From: Giardia intestinalis | Lineage: Eukaryota | Strand: one strand, 5' to 3' | Assembly: GCA_000002435.2 (NCBI GenBank) | Contig: CM018793.1 | Length of the DNA stretch: 64,000 bases | Notes under the pieces: model-generated | What the model was told of the DNA's origin: nothing | Database searches by the model: none | What the model saw: only the letters and a program-made list of their open reading frames with translations | In this document: in pieces, positions 8,959 through 19,400 of the stretch | Layout: every line of letters starts with the position of its first letter | Position numbering within the stretch: position 1 is the first letter of the stretch | Made by a program: the position numbers and the translations under genes

Positions 8959-11900
8959 ATGAACACAAAGACATCGTGGAGGCAGGAGCTTTGCAACTTG
9001 AGCCGCTCAGACAGGCCTGAGCCTTTCTTCCAGCGTGCGAAGGCTATTGTCCACATCCTGCAGACCAATCCCGAGGAGCGGCAGCAAATCTTGGAAAGCA
9101 TTATCTTAGAGATGGAGGAGGGGGTCTTGCTTGCATGTGCAGGATATTCGTCTGTCCTGGGGTACCTGCATCGTCGCGTGGGGTACATGAGCGAGTACAC
9201 AGCGGACAATATTATTTTCACAGTCACAGCCTATTCGGAGAAACACAAAGGCTCTGGAGATGAGCAGGCGCAGATTATCGCGTGTGCTTGCTTCATTTCA
9301 ATCATGTCTGCTCTCAGTTCCGTGAATGCTGAGTCTTCGGAGAAGTGTCTCTGCGCATATCAGACATCGTACGTGAGACTCTTCAGCCCCCTAGCTCGGG
9401 CACACTGCCAGGCGAGTCTTGCCCTCTCGCTCGTCATTATTGCAGGATCGCATCCCATCCGCACACTCTCAGTGGCTCAAGACCTGCTAATCAGACCATC
9501 TGATGGAGCTTCAAGCAAGGGAGTCGTTAACTATCTGCTCTTTCTCCTTGCTACGTTTGGAGAGCAGGACATAGAGCTTGCTGGCCCATACGTCGGCCCA
9601 TTTTCCCTTCCAATTGTGAGCTCTGACGATATTAAGGCAAAGATAGTACCGGTCAGCCTACTCAAGCAGCTTGACACGACCCTCATCTCTGAAGCCGCAA
9701 TATGGATATACTCACGTTCACAAGACATTTATCCTGGCAGAGTGCCCTCTGCCCAAGGGAAAAAAACTAAAGAATCAGAGGAAGACATACCCGCAAAGGA
9801 CATGCAGCTGCATCCTGTCTGGAAATACTTGTTTGCTTTCTATGCTGCTCTTTATAAGGCACACGGAGAAAATGGTGCAGAAGTGGCCGTGGCCATTCAA
9901 AGCCATCTTGTCCGTTCTCTTCACACACCCATCAAGGACTACAGTCAAGATATGTGCTATATTCTTGCTTCAATTTTCGAAGTAGCAGATGGAATTCCAG
10001 AGTACGATAATTTATTACCTAGACTACTTTGTGCAGGTGGTTTTCTGAAGACCTATATTCTTCCCAACAGCAACAAACATATATGCTCCAAGCTTATTCG
10101 TTATGTCTCCAAGTGGTGCTATACGGACATACGTCGTGGTCGTGAATTTGCCGTCAGTCTTAACTTAGAGCCGTTAGAAATCTATGGACTTATTGGTACG
10201 GAGTTTGGAAAACTTGTTCTCAAGCGTGCGCCAGAAGATGTTACTATTGGAATGCTGACTCATATGGCATCACAATTGCAGCGCTGCCTAACAACGCCTC
10301 TTTCACCGGAAAAGCTGGACGCTTTTCTGGTGGACTTCTCCTTTAGTATGAAAGCCCTTGCCCCCTCTTTTAAATCTTTTGCAAACGAGCTCGTGACCAT
10401 CTTTTTCAAATTCTTTTCGCTGTTCTATTATCAACTCCGTGATCACAGTCTCGTTAAGCATCCCATCAACACGGAGGAGTCTTACGCAATTCTGCGTAGA
10501 GGAAGACAAAAGTTTCTTATGACCTTGGAACCCTTGGCCACAGCTGATGCATTTGGTCAACTGGCTGCCCTTGTACTCCCATCTTTGTCTGCTAGTTACA
10601 GGTCGGCTGTTACCGGGGCAAAAGATAGCACGAGCATCAGACTGCATTATCCTGTTTTATTACAGACAGGCACTACGGCGCTGAGCCACCTTGACGGATT
10701 GCAGGTGGTTGATAGCGACCTTTCCTCCGTCTTTGCTAGGCATTATGATGCAGTGGCCATAGCAGCTCTTTGCTCACTGTTGATGGGCCTTGATGACGAG
10801 CACGTCTTATCGCAATCGACTACTGTGCAGAGCGTTTTAACGTCGGTTCATAGAGTCGCACAGTTAGCGGCTAAAGGCCCCCAAGAAGTTGACTTGGATG
10901 CCATACAAGTATCCCTACTTGGGCTTAATCATCACTTTCACGTTAGTAATAGTAACTTCGGCCGTGTGGCCTCGGTGGCCATAATGAAGCAGATTGCTAT
11001 TGACTTAACCGACAGAGCATTTAAATCCCTGCTATCAGCTATTCGCATTGCTCCACCTGGTCAATCTACAGAAAGCGAGGATGAAAGTGAGGCTGATCTC
11101 ATGGAGTTTCCTCAACCAAAGACAGACAATGAAACAGTGCAGGACGTCAATATTTACAGCTTAAAGGGTCTGGAGCAGGATGGAAGCCAACCACCCCAAA
11201 CGGATGTTAGTTCAGAGGGGTCCCGGGATGAGGTCTCGGCGATAAATGGTGTTGACGATCAGTACGATAAGATCCTTGTAGATACCTTCAAGGCGCACAG
11301 AGCTGCGCAAACAGAGAGCACACACGTGTTCATGAGGGCAGCGCGGACGTTGTATCCCCTCTCAATAGCTATGGAGGCCATTCCAGATCGCCCTATGAAT
11401 TGGGACGCCCTAGAGGCCTTATACATCCTCGTTTCAAATCCCCTTGCTGCAACAAGGGACGAGTACGGGTTTCAACACCCAGCCGTCAAGCAGACACCAG
11501 CCAACAAGCAGTACATTGAAATGATGGTACACCGGGCATCTGAGCTCATCGGATCCTACACGCAGAACAAGATCGTGCGCTCTAAGCTCTTCGTGAGTGA
11601 CTTATTTATATGCTATGAGATGGATACCCCCGAGAAATATGAGTTAAGATTCAGATGGAGTGACCTGACAAACACATTGATTCTGGCCGTTGTCAACTCA
11701 AAGCACAAAAGTCGCAAGCAAGCAGAAGATCTACTTGCCTTTATTGTTTGCCTTTTAAGCACAGCTAAGCGAGAATCCTTTGCAGAGATTGCCGAGGATC
11801 TACACGAACAATATGGCACTCCGATCGAAGATGCAATTGAATGCTGCGCAAAGCTGTGCAGAAGCACTGCAGATAAGTTAGTTGAGGCCACAATAAAGAA

Positions 11901-12360
11901 GATGGTGCGAAATCGGGATCTGGGAACCTCGTCGCACATTATGAAGCAGTTCATAGATGCTGGCTGCTACTCCACAATTGCAGTTATCACAGACCAGTTT
12001 TCTAGCGATGCATTTGTGTCTCTCTTTGTGGCTGAAGAATTCGTACTGCTTGTCAGCGACGCATTATCAGATTGGTGCAATGGTGTACGGCTCAAGAGGA
12101 TTGAGGGGGATATATACGTTAAGGACCTGATCAAGAAACTCTTAAAGAGTATGTTTGAGTGGTTGGCACTGAAAACTAATGAGGCTGGGCGTTCCCAGCA
12201 GTTGACTAAACTAAAGTATGCAGCGAACCGTGTCAAGAAGATCGTTAAAATGTGCGAAGGAATTGTAAGTTTAGAAGATGACTTAAAAGCTTTAGATGAT
12301 ACGCGTCAAAAGATCATCACAGGCAGAGAGGCGATGAGGGCAAAGGCGATAAAGAGATGA
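8959..12360 (+). CDS. Large hypothetical protein (1133 aa from the preferred start; the track ORF begins at 8932)
   Basis: The ORF is open from 8932 to the TGA at 12358-12360. I prefer the in-frame ATG at 8959 (MNTKTSW...) because it is directly preceded by CTTTAAATAAATATAAT, a typical A/T-rich initiator. The sequence upstream of 8932 is GC-rich. No recognisable domain. Confidence 0.7.
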   Translation: MNTKTSWRQELCNLSRSDRPEPFFQRAKAIVHILQTNPEERQQILESIILEMEEGVLLACAGYSSVLGYLHRRVGYMSEYTADNIIFTVTAYSEKHKGSGDEQAQIIACACFISIMSALSSVNAESSEKCLCAYQTSYVRLFSPLARAHCQASLALSLVIIAGSHPIRTLSVAQDLLIRPSDGASSKGVVNYLLFLLATFGEQDIELAGPYVGPFSLPIVSSDDIKAKIVPVSLLKQLDTTLISEAAIWIYSRSQDIYPGRVPSAQGKKTKESEEDIPAKDMQLHPVWKYLFAFYAALYKAHGENGAEVAVAIQSHLVRSLHTPIKDYSQDMCYILASIFEVADGIPEYDNLLPRLLCAGGFLKTYILPNSNKHICSKLIRYVSKWCYTDIRRGREFAVSLNLEPLEIYGLIGTEFGKLVLKRAPEDVTIGMLTHMASQLQRCLTTPLSPEKLDAFLVDFSFSMKALAPSFKSFANELVTIFFKFFSLFYYQLRDHSLVKHPINTEESYAILRRGRQKFLMTLEPLATADAFGQLAALVLPSLSASYRSAVTGAKDSTSIRLHYPVLLQTGTTALSHLDGLQVVDSDLSSVFARHYDAVAIAALCSLLMGLDDEHVLSQSTTVQSVLTSVHRVAQLAAKGPQEVDLDAIQVSLLGLNHHFHVSNSNFGRVASVAIMKQIAIDLTDRAFKSLLSAIRIAPPGQSTESEDESEADLMEFPQPKTDNETVQDVNIYSLKGLEQDGSQPPQTDVSSEGSRDEVSAINGVDDQYDKILVDTFKAHRAAQTESTHVFMRAARTLYPLSIAMEAIPDRPMNWDALEALYILVSNPLAATRDEYGFQHPAVKQTPANKQYIEMMVHRASELIGSYTQNKIVRSKLFVSDLFICYEMDTPEKYELRFRWSDLTNTLILAVVNSKHKSRKQAEDLLAFIVCLLSTAKRESFAEIAEDLHEQYGTPIEDAIECCAKLCRSTADKLVEATIKKMVRNRDLGTSSHIMKQFIDAGCYSTIAVITDQFSSDAFVSLFVAEEFVLLVSDALSDWCNGVRLKRIEGDIYVKDLIKKLLKSMFEWLALKTNEAGRSQQLTKLKYAANRVKKIVKMCEGIVSLEDDLKALDDTRQKIITGREAMRAKAIKR

Positions 12361-12395
12361 AGCTGCACATGTGCGCCAAGCAGAGTACTGAGTCG

Positions 12396-12866
12396 TTACC
12401 GTAGTGAATTTAAGTTGCGCTGCTGAATTCTTAAGACCAAGAGAATATCTTTTGACATGAGGGTGACTCGGTTGGCGTGGTAGGTTGCTAGCAAAGCTGT
12501 GGAGAATAGTTCAACTATGTATTCCTCTGTTGCAGATTGGAGAGCCTCCATGGCCATCCCTTGGAAGCGGTATGGACCCTTGGATCCATCTCTTTGCGCA
12601 ATTTGTTCAACAAGCTCCTGGACCAGTCTGGCGAATGGGAGCTTCTGTATTAGTGTATCTACATTGTGCTGATAGTGATATATTTCTCGCTCCATGTGTG
12701 ACACTCGTGCGGGCCGTCGTGGGACAGAGGAGAAAGGATCAGAAGAAAGCTTGCTGCGAGATTGGCGTGCATTTACGACCACCCCAGGTATCATGTTCCG
12801 TCCTGAGATCTCTCGTCTACGATGCCCAGTGTTTCGTGCCACTTGTGACCGTGAGCCTCCGCTCAT
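12396..12866 (-). CDS. Divergent histone H3 variant (cenH3-like)
   Basis: The 156-aa protein has a C-terminal histone fold matching H3: EREIYHYQHNVDTLIQKLPFARLVQEL...RFQGMAMEALQSATEEYIVELFSTALLATYHANRVTLMSKDILLVLRI versus canonical [26 protein letters not shown]...[48 protein letters not shown]. The N-terminal tail is long and non-canonical (no ARTKQTARKS), and loop 1 is slightly longer (QRDGSKGPYRFQ), as in centromeric H3 variants. Confidence 0.75.
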   Translation of the reverse strand: MSGGSRSQVARNTGHRRREISGRNMIPGVVVNARQSRSKLSSDPFSSVPRRPARVSHMEREIYHYQHNVDTLIQKLPFARLVQELVEQIAQRDGSKGPYRFQGMAMEALQSATEEYIVELFSTALLATYHANRVTLMSKDILLVLRIQQRNLNSLR

Positions 12867-12925
12867 CTTCTGTTTTTTCTCGAATTGAAAATTTACTCTT
12901 CACGCGCAGCTAGATCTCTTTGTAC

Positions 12926-15445
12926 ATGTACTCCACTCCTATCCCCACCTTCGCTAACAAGCCTGGGACAGTTCCCAGGAAAAAGGACGGTGTGACCACA
13001 GGCCCCCGTGTGAAGCAAGCTCTCCCCCCTATTAACCAAGTCCACGACCCCGAAAAGAAGACTCAAACCTTTTCACGTTCAGCAATTAGTGCGCTCAGCG
13101 CTGCCTCCCAGGAGGTCTTCAGTGAATCGAGTCAGCACAGTCAGGTTTATGCGGCCGAGATGCGGAACATTAAAGAGCGCCTTGCTAACCGAGCTCAAGC
13201 AGATGACGACTCCATTCAGCTGGCCATTCGTGCAGCAGACAACGATACTAGAAAGGCACTGGAGGCAGCAGGCTTCTTTCGAGATGAAGCAGCCAGCGCA
13301 CGCCAGCAGAGTGAGATGCTTATGCAGCGCGTGTTGACGCTTGAGAAGGACAACGATGCATTATCTAAACGTCTTGATAAGAGTAGCAGCATGCTGAATT
13401 CAGTCGCACTCGAATTGTTCTCTGATATTTCTACTCAGACCATCGATAAAGACATGCTTCTTACTCAATATTCACGCATAAAGTCGCTTGTAGCAGATTG
13501 CAATCACATATCTTCGGAAATAGGTTTCCCATCAACGTCGGTTCCAGAAATCGTGGAGCTTCTTGATTCTCAAATGCTTCAGGGCATGAGTGGGAACACA
13601 CTTGTTCTTGAAGGAGTGCCGCGATCTATTCAGTCCATTGCCCTGTCATTGACTCTTGCTGAATGCCAAATCCTACGCTCTCTCAATTTCCTTCTCAAGC
13701 ACCTGATCTCAGAGAATCAAAAGGTGGCCGCTCAAGACAGTTCGAACGCACAAATGAGCACTGAGACGGCAGGAGCCAAACTGATTAAAAGTATCTCGAA
13801 GGAGATGCCTATAGGAGCGAGCCACCAAAGTGACCCAGCACTCGATGACATCATTCGGCAAGCGACACTATCTTCTCCACTAATGAGCTCAGAGCAGCTT
13901 CAGCATCCCAACGATGTCTTCCGCATAGAGTTCCAGGGATCCGGCGTTGCCGTCGCAAAGGCCCTTGTTGAGCTCCGACGAAGAACTGCGTCGTTTTTAC
14001 TCCGAGAGGCCAGGTTTGATCACGATCCACTTCTCAAGCGTGCTGCTACTGATAATACAACCTTGCGCACGTTGGTTGCAGCTTTGCAGAACGAACTGTA
14101 CTTTACCCGTCAAGCGCTTGAAATGGTCAAGGGATTGGGGCTCAGTTCTGATATCTTTCCCATTGAGAGCCAAGCTAGCACTGATAACTTAGCCCTTAAC
14201 GACGGTGGTCAGGATACTCAGTCCGGCTTGAGTAGTACTGGACGCAGCGACACTAGCGCTTCCACTCCGGTCCCTGGGACTCACCTCTCACTGCCAAACT
14301 TCTCTTCTACTGATATTATTAAGTTGGCGGAGAACGCTTTAACCAGCGCTGTGGACCTTGAGCTCTTGCCATCGGAGCTGACCAAGAAGTTAGAGGATAT
14401 AGTGGAAAACGCACTAGCCACGTCTGATGATGTAGATAAGGCCAAGGAGACTCAGCAATACAGTTCTGAGGAAAGGGTTTCGGTAACAGAGATTCAGAGA
14501 CTTATTATGCTTCGTGAAAAGGCACTACAGCATATAGACACTGCAGCCCAAGAGTTTATCGACCAACTGGCCACTTCTGATGTAATGTCCGCCATTGCAA
14601 CTATAGAAGAGGGCTCATCTGAAATGCAGGGTATTTTTGGTGTAGCTACATATGATGAGCCTTCTTCCCTTCTATCCTTTGCTAAAGATGCAAACGAAAG
14701 TCAAGCCAAATTGTTAGCACGCTTTTCAAAGGAGCAGGACAATTTCATTGGCGACATCAGACAAATAAGTATTAATATTGGCGAAGGCCATACTGAGAAA
14801 TACAATAGAGATGGATCGGGCTTTCTAGATGTCCTCTATAGACACGCCACTCTCTTGGAGCACACTTTAGAATTGCATAAAATAGTCGTTGCACGTAACA
14901 TGGCGTTAGTCAGGCTTCAGGCCATCATCCTTTGTCTTCAGAAGAATAATGAGAAGAACATTCGAGAAGTAGCCTATCTGGCCGCTGTTCGCAACGGTAT
15001 TTTAAAGGGCTATGTAGAACAATCTCGAAAAATGGCTGTTCTGCGCCAGGAAAATGATTATTTCAGGCTCCAAATTGCCCGATCGTCCTCTCGGGATATC
15101 AATTCACAGGAAAAGAGAAAACATGACGCCCTCTCAGCGGCCATAACTGATGCAGCCATAACTGGCGATCCTCAGTACTGTTCTTCCCTGGCCAGCTGTG
15201 TCGAGTCCTTAACGCAGAGCTATCGAACAAAGATTGCAGAATGCAAAGCAGAAATGTGTGCATTTGGAAATACACTTACTGCTACCTCAGACAAGATCAT
15301 GCAAATCCTGGAAGAGTATCGCTTGCTGATAGAAACAAGGGCCTGCAAACTAGTCCAAACGGACAGGAAGAGACGTACCTTCGACACAGCAGTCGCCACC
15401 GAGGATCCAGAGGCAGCCCCTGCTGCAGTGCCGAAGAAGAAGTGA
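12926..15445 (+). CDS. Hypothetical protein (~840 aa), possibly coiled-coil rich
   Basis: The track ORF starts at a TTG (12920); the first ATG is at 12926. It is open to the TGA at 15443-15445. Transcribed divergently from the H3-variant gene across a 59-bp spacer. No recognisable domain. Confidence 0.7.
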   Translation: MYSTPIPTFANKPGTVPRKKDGVTTGPRVKQALPPINQVHDPEKKTQTFSRSAISALSAASQEVFSESSQHSQVYAAEMRNIKERLANRAQADDDSIQLAIRAADNDTRKALEAAGFFRDEAASARQQSEMLMQRVLTLEKDNDALSKRLDKSSSMLNSVALELFSDISTQTIDKDMLLTQYSRIKSLVADCNHISSEIGFPSTSVPEIVELLDSQMLQGMSGNTLVLEGVPRSIQSIALSLTLAECQILRSLNFLLKHLISENQKVAAQDSSNAQMSTETAGAKLIKSISKEMPIGASHQSDPALDDIIRQATLSSPLMSSEQLQHPNDVFRIEFQGSGVAVAKALVELRRRTASFLLREARFDHDPLLKRAATDNTTLRTLVAALQNELYFTRQALEMVKGLGLSSDIFPIESQASTDNLALNDGGQDTQSGLSSTGRSDTSASTPVPGTHLSLPNFSSTDIIKLAENALTSAVDLELLPSELTKKLEDIVENALATSDDVDKAKETQQYSSEERVSVTEIQRLIMLREKALQHIDTAAQEFIDQLATSDVMSAIATIEEGSSEMQGIFGVATYDEPSSLLSFAKDANESQAKLLARFSKEQDNFIGDIRQISINIGEGHTEKYNRDGSGFLDVLYRHATLLEHTLELHKIVVARNMALVRLQAIILCLQKNNEKNIREVAYLAAVRNGILKGYVEQSRKMAVLRQENDYFRLQIARSSSRDINSQEKRKHDALSAAITDAAITGDPQYCSSLASCVESLTQSYRTKIAECKAEMCAFGNTLTATSDKIMQILEEYRLLIETRACKLVQTDRKRRTFDTAVATEDPEAAPAAVPKKK

Positions 15446-15447
15446 AC
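15441..15447 (+). terminator. AGTGAAC polyadenylation-signal-like motif overlapping the TGA stop
   Basis: AGTGAAC matches the diplomonad AGTRAAY consensus. It embeds the stop codon of the 12926..15445 gene. Confidence 0.5.
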
Positions 15448-15457
15448 TTAAAGCGGT

Positions 15458-16429
15458 CTATTCCAAGCAATCAACTGCAAAGGTGCCACGTCCAAGAATC
15501 GGTCCAAGAGCATGGGCAGTCTGCTTCTGAGCATCCAGGGAGTACAGAAGCTCTGCAAAATCTGCCTTATTTCCCTGGGTTAAGTTCATGGTGATGCCAC
15601 CGTTCAGGACCAGAACAACTTTACCGGACCGGTAGCGCAAGAGCCTCCCTATCTTTCCTTCTCCAAAAGTAGTAATAGGACTTTTATTTTGCACCGTGGG
15701 TACATCAGATTGTTGGGAGGATACAGTGTCAGTAGAGCCACCCGGCGGCACCATTGCACCGTCTTTCTGTAGGTAACTAGCAAGTGATCGGCCGTCGCCA
15801 TGCGATCCAGTGGCGAGGATAGATGAGATAGGGCCGGGAGCAGACTGGGACCGTGCCCGGGCGGCACTCTGAGTGCGTGTCATCTTTGCGACGGGCAAAT
15901 GAGCAGGAAACTGAAACACCGTCAAATGATCCGAAAGTAGGACACGTTCTCCCGAGCGACTGACAACAGGCATATCAAATACCTCGTCAGTCGGCCGCGG
16001 AATGTTGAGCTTTGCTTTGAAGACGCCAGAGTAGATAGATTCCTTGGCGACCAACGAGAGTGTTCTATCTCCATCTGCGTGGGGAACAATAAAGGGGAGT
16101 GAGGTGGGGTAGTTTCCTTTGATCTTGGCTGCCTCCATCACCTGGTAGTCCGGAGAATATGCACCGAGACCCTGTCGAGGCCCCTCATTGCTATATATGC
16201 TAGAAGTCCGTGCTCCCAGATTAGCAATTCTAAAGTCGTCCTCCTTGTTCGCGCCCTTTCGAACCTGTCCTCCCTCTCTTTTAGGGTTCAGCCCATCGGC
16301 CAGAAGAGTCAAATTTGTCGTTGAGCGCTTGACAGACTTAGGCCGATACACCTGTGCAGAGGACTTTTGCTGCTGCTGCTGCTGCTGCTGAAGCTTAAAG
16401 CTAGCAGAGTATGGGTTGGAAATACTCAT
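15458..16429 (-). CDS. Hypothetical protein (323 aa) with N-terminal poly-Gln tract
   Basis: ORF with ATG at 16427-16429 (complement). Eight consecutive Gln residues are encoded by (CAG)7CAA. Its 3' end lies 12 bp from the convergent upstream gene, and its start is 18 bp from the stop of the next minus-strand gene. Confidence 0.65.
   Translation of the reverse strand: MSISNPYSASFKLQQQQQQQQKSSAQVYRPKSVKRSTTNLTLLADGLNPKREGGQVRKGANKEDDFRIANLGARTSSIYSNEGPRQGLGAYSPDYQVMEAAKIKGNYPTSLPFIVPHADGDRTLSLVAKESIYSGVFKAKLNIPRPTDEVFDMPVVSRSGERVLLSDHLTVFQFPAHLPVAKMTRTQSAARARSQSAPGPISSILATGSHGDGRSLASYLQKDGAMVPPGGSTDTVSSQQSDVPTVQNKSPITTFGEGKIGRLLRYRSGKVVLVLNGGITMNLTQGNKADFAELLYSLDAQKQTAHALGPILGRGTFAVDCLE
16367..16390. 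repeat. (CTG/CAG)n trinucleotide microsatellite inside a CDS
   Basis: TTG(CTG)7 on the plus strand, equal to (CAG)7CAA on the coding minus strand. Confidence 0.9.
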
Positions 16430-16447
16430 AGATTTATTAAGACAGGA

Positions 16448-19400
16448 TCAAAGCAAAAGCAAGCGAACGAGCCACGCCATGAGTCCGACAAGAAGGATGA
16501 GCCCCCAGAGCCTCTTACTGGCTAGTACTCTGAACGTAAGAGTAAACCCTTGCTCAAGGCGACGTTCCAATCGGGGGCTTTTGTGCACTAAATATAGGAC
16601 ATGGACTATTAGCGAAAGAAAGTAATTGATCCACATCGCCAGTGCATCTAAAGCAATGACCAAAACTGCAAATTCATCGGGCCGTACTGGCTGGATTATT
16701 GTGGACACATGCCCCGTTGACTCACGAACAGCTGCCAGCATACTGTGGCTCATATCCCCTTCTTTGTCTTCTAGAAGTCCAGAATTGACAAGGATCTTTG
16801 TTGCGCTGTTAGACATGCAGTATGCTGCATACTTCAAAGCATTGGATGATCCACTGATTTTCCTCAATCGCTTGTACTCCGGGCTGGAGACAATGTCCAT
16901 CGGCCGGTCCCTGGGCCCCCTATTAGCAACCCTCCGCGGTGATACCCCGTGCTTGGTTGACGAGATAACGCCTGCAAATCCCCTCGTCATATCTGCATAG
17001 AGTAGATTGTAAATATGTGAAATGCTATACACATTCTTCAGTATAGGAACCCCTCTCTGCCACCCAGCCAATCGTAGCAGAAGCCTTTCCCAAGGAAAGA
17101 CAGCAGACTGCAGTGAAAGAACACTGTTCATGGTAACATTGCTTGAGTGGTTTAATCGAGACAGATATGACTTCACCCTGCTGCTGTAGTGTGTGAACTG
17201 GTCCATGTATTCCTTGAAGAAAGCCCTGTCTTGGTCGTGTGGAAGATGCTCTTCCCCGCTGTGTGCCAGTGCCATATCCAGGAGTCCTATGTAGCCCGTG
17301 CATAACGGGTATGCTTTCTGTGCTGCTATGTCCGTGAGCATTCCAGCAGAGTCTATCGATAGATAGCAACGAGTGCCTTGTCGAGAATCAAACCGCAGAC
17401 CAGAAATCTTGTGCTGCTTGGACATAGCAAAGTATACATGGTGGATGTCCTCCAAAAGAGAGTGAGATGCTTCAGAAACAGACCTCTTGAAGTACTCAGT
17501 ACTGAGTAGACACTTTGTCGCTGGCGTAGGGTACAATTGCGAGGCTATAGTTGCAACGCGAGAACCTGCTGAACCCTTCTCAATCGCAGGTCTCCATAGC
17601 ACCGGCTCACATGCAGCGTATACCATAAGCGCCCTGGCACGCGCCGTAAAAAGCAGGGCATCAACCTCTATGTCCAGCGGTGTGATCTTCGAAGCAATAG
17701 TGCCAAGTGAAGACAGGATCGGTTCTACAAATGAATGGGAAAGCCAGCGGGTCACAGAGCTTAAGGCAGCCAAATGCTGAATAGGTTTGCAATAATTCTG
17801 ACAGTATAAGCTTCTTAAGTTAAACAACGATAGAGGTGACCCATAACGCAGCGCTCCTTTATCTATTAGGCTGGTAGTCTCTGAGAGAATCTTGATGTGG
17901 ACTGAGGCCACATGGCGGAGCCACTCAACAAGAAGTGTGGTGTAAAAGGGTGCCCGGATTGCTATGGCTGCTCTGAGTCTCCGTTCGTCTTCTATGGACA
18001 AGCGCAACTCTGCAGACTCATCGGTTAAATATGTTTCAGTATCAGAAGACAGCTTGGAAGGGTCCAAGCAGAGAAGCTCCCCGTATATTCGCGACATTAA
18101 TAAGTATAGGTAAACCTTATTAACTACTGGCTCTCCTTGGAATAGCGAGCGAAGGAAGGAGAAGAATATAGGGAGAACACGTGTCTCAACGATTTCTGAG
18201 AAGGCCGGCGCATAGCGACGAAGGAAGCTCTTTCCTGTAGCAGCCTCTAGCTTATTGGACACCCCATTAGTTCTTACGAAATAGCTCAGAATTGCTTCAC
18301 TGCCATTGCGCATAACATACAGGTAGTTAGATTTTTGGAGCATGGCGTCGTCTGGTGTGTAAATAGACTTGCGGCCCCCGGCTACCAGGGAGGGATCAAC
18401 AGTATGTGAGGGAGGACACTCTGCTTGCCAATCAGCAAGGATTGCATGCCTTGTCGATTCCATGATATTGCTAATTGTGTTTAGAGCCCCGTAGTTGAGA
18501 GATGCGGCAGGAGAGACAACATAGCGAGCGAACATATATGCAAGGTCAAGTATGTTTGTGAGGAAGCAAGGCCTATCGGTGACAGGTCTCACAGTGCAGT
18601 CGTAAGCCAGGGTACGGTAGTGGCTGGACCCCAAAGCACGGGTATGAAGGGCCCGCTCCTCCGCTGTTGCATCTGGGGAAACCTCCCTAGTCTGGCAGAA
18701 ATCCTTTAGGGCCTCTAGTGGCACGGAGATCTGCTCAGCCGTACTGATGGGGATGTTTCGAGCAAACCAACAATCGCATGCCAGAGAGATGAATAGGTCG
18801 CCGACTGTTCGTGGAAACGTAGATACTGAAAAGGGTGAAAAGGAGATTGTACAGGAGCGTTGCATTGAGACATCATCTGCCCGCTGGACGTCTTCCATCG
18901 CAAGAGGTTTGTACAGAATACTGTCCTGCTTGCGGAGTGCCTGCAAGTATTCGAGAATAAGCTTGTTGTATGGTGTTGTCCTTATCTTGTCCGTAGCATT
19001 GTCTTCCTTGGAGCTCACTCTGCAGTTGATACCTGCCGAGCAAATCGTAACTATTGCATACTCTAAGGTGTTCAAGACAATGTCTCCATCAGACGACTTA
19101 GTCATTTTATAGTGATAATAGCGTGGTAGCAGGATAGAATTTATATCGACAAGCTCTGCATAGAGCTGTGATATGGCGCTTAAGGGAACCTTGTATGAGG
19201 TAATGGACCGCAGAGACCGTGTGTAGACTGCTTTGATGAATGGTCCATATGGCCCAAAAAAGAATACTGCGCTTCGTTCCAGTGCTGCCGGACAAGAAGT
19301 GACCAAAAACAAAGAGCCTTGCTTGACAAAGAACTGTTGTAGTAGAGACTGTATTAGAGTGTCGCAGGCTGCACTCGATACAAAGGAATCGCTAGAAAGG

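Noticed and set aside
12485-12913. 142-aa plus-strand ORF overlapping the H3-variant gene
   Set aside because: It is antisense to a gene with strong homology support, and has no homology or start context of its own.
16188-16391. 67-aa ORF ending in CCCCCCC
   Set aside because: It is the antisense reading of the (CAG)n tract inside the 15458..16429 gene.
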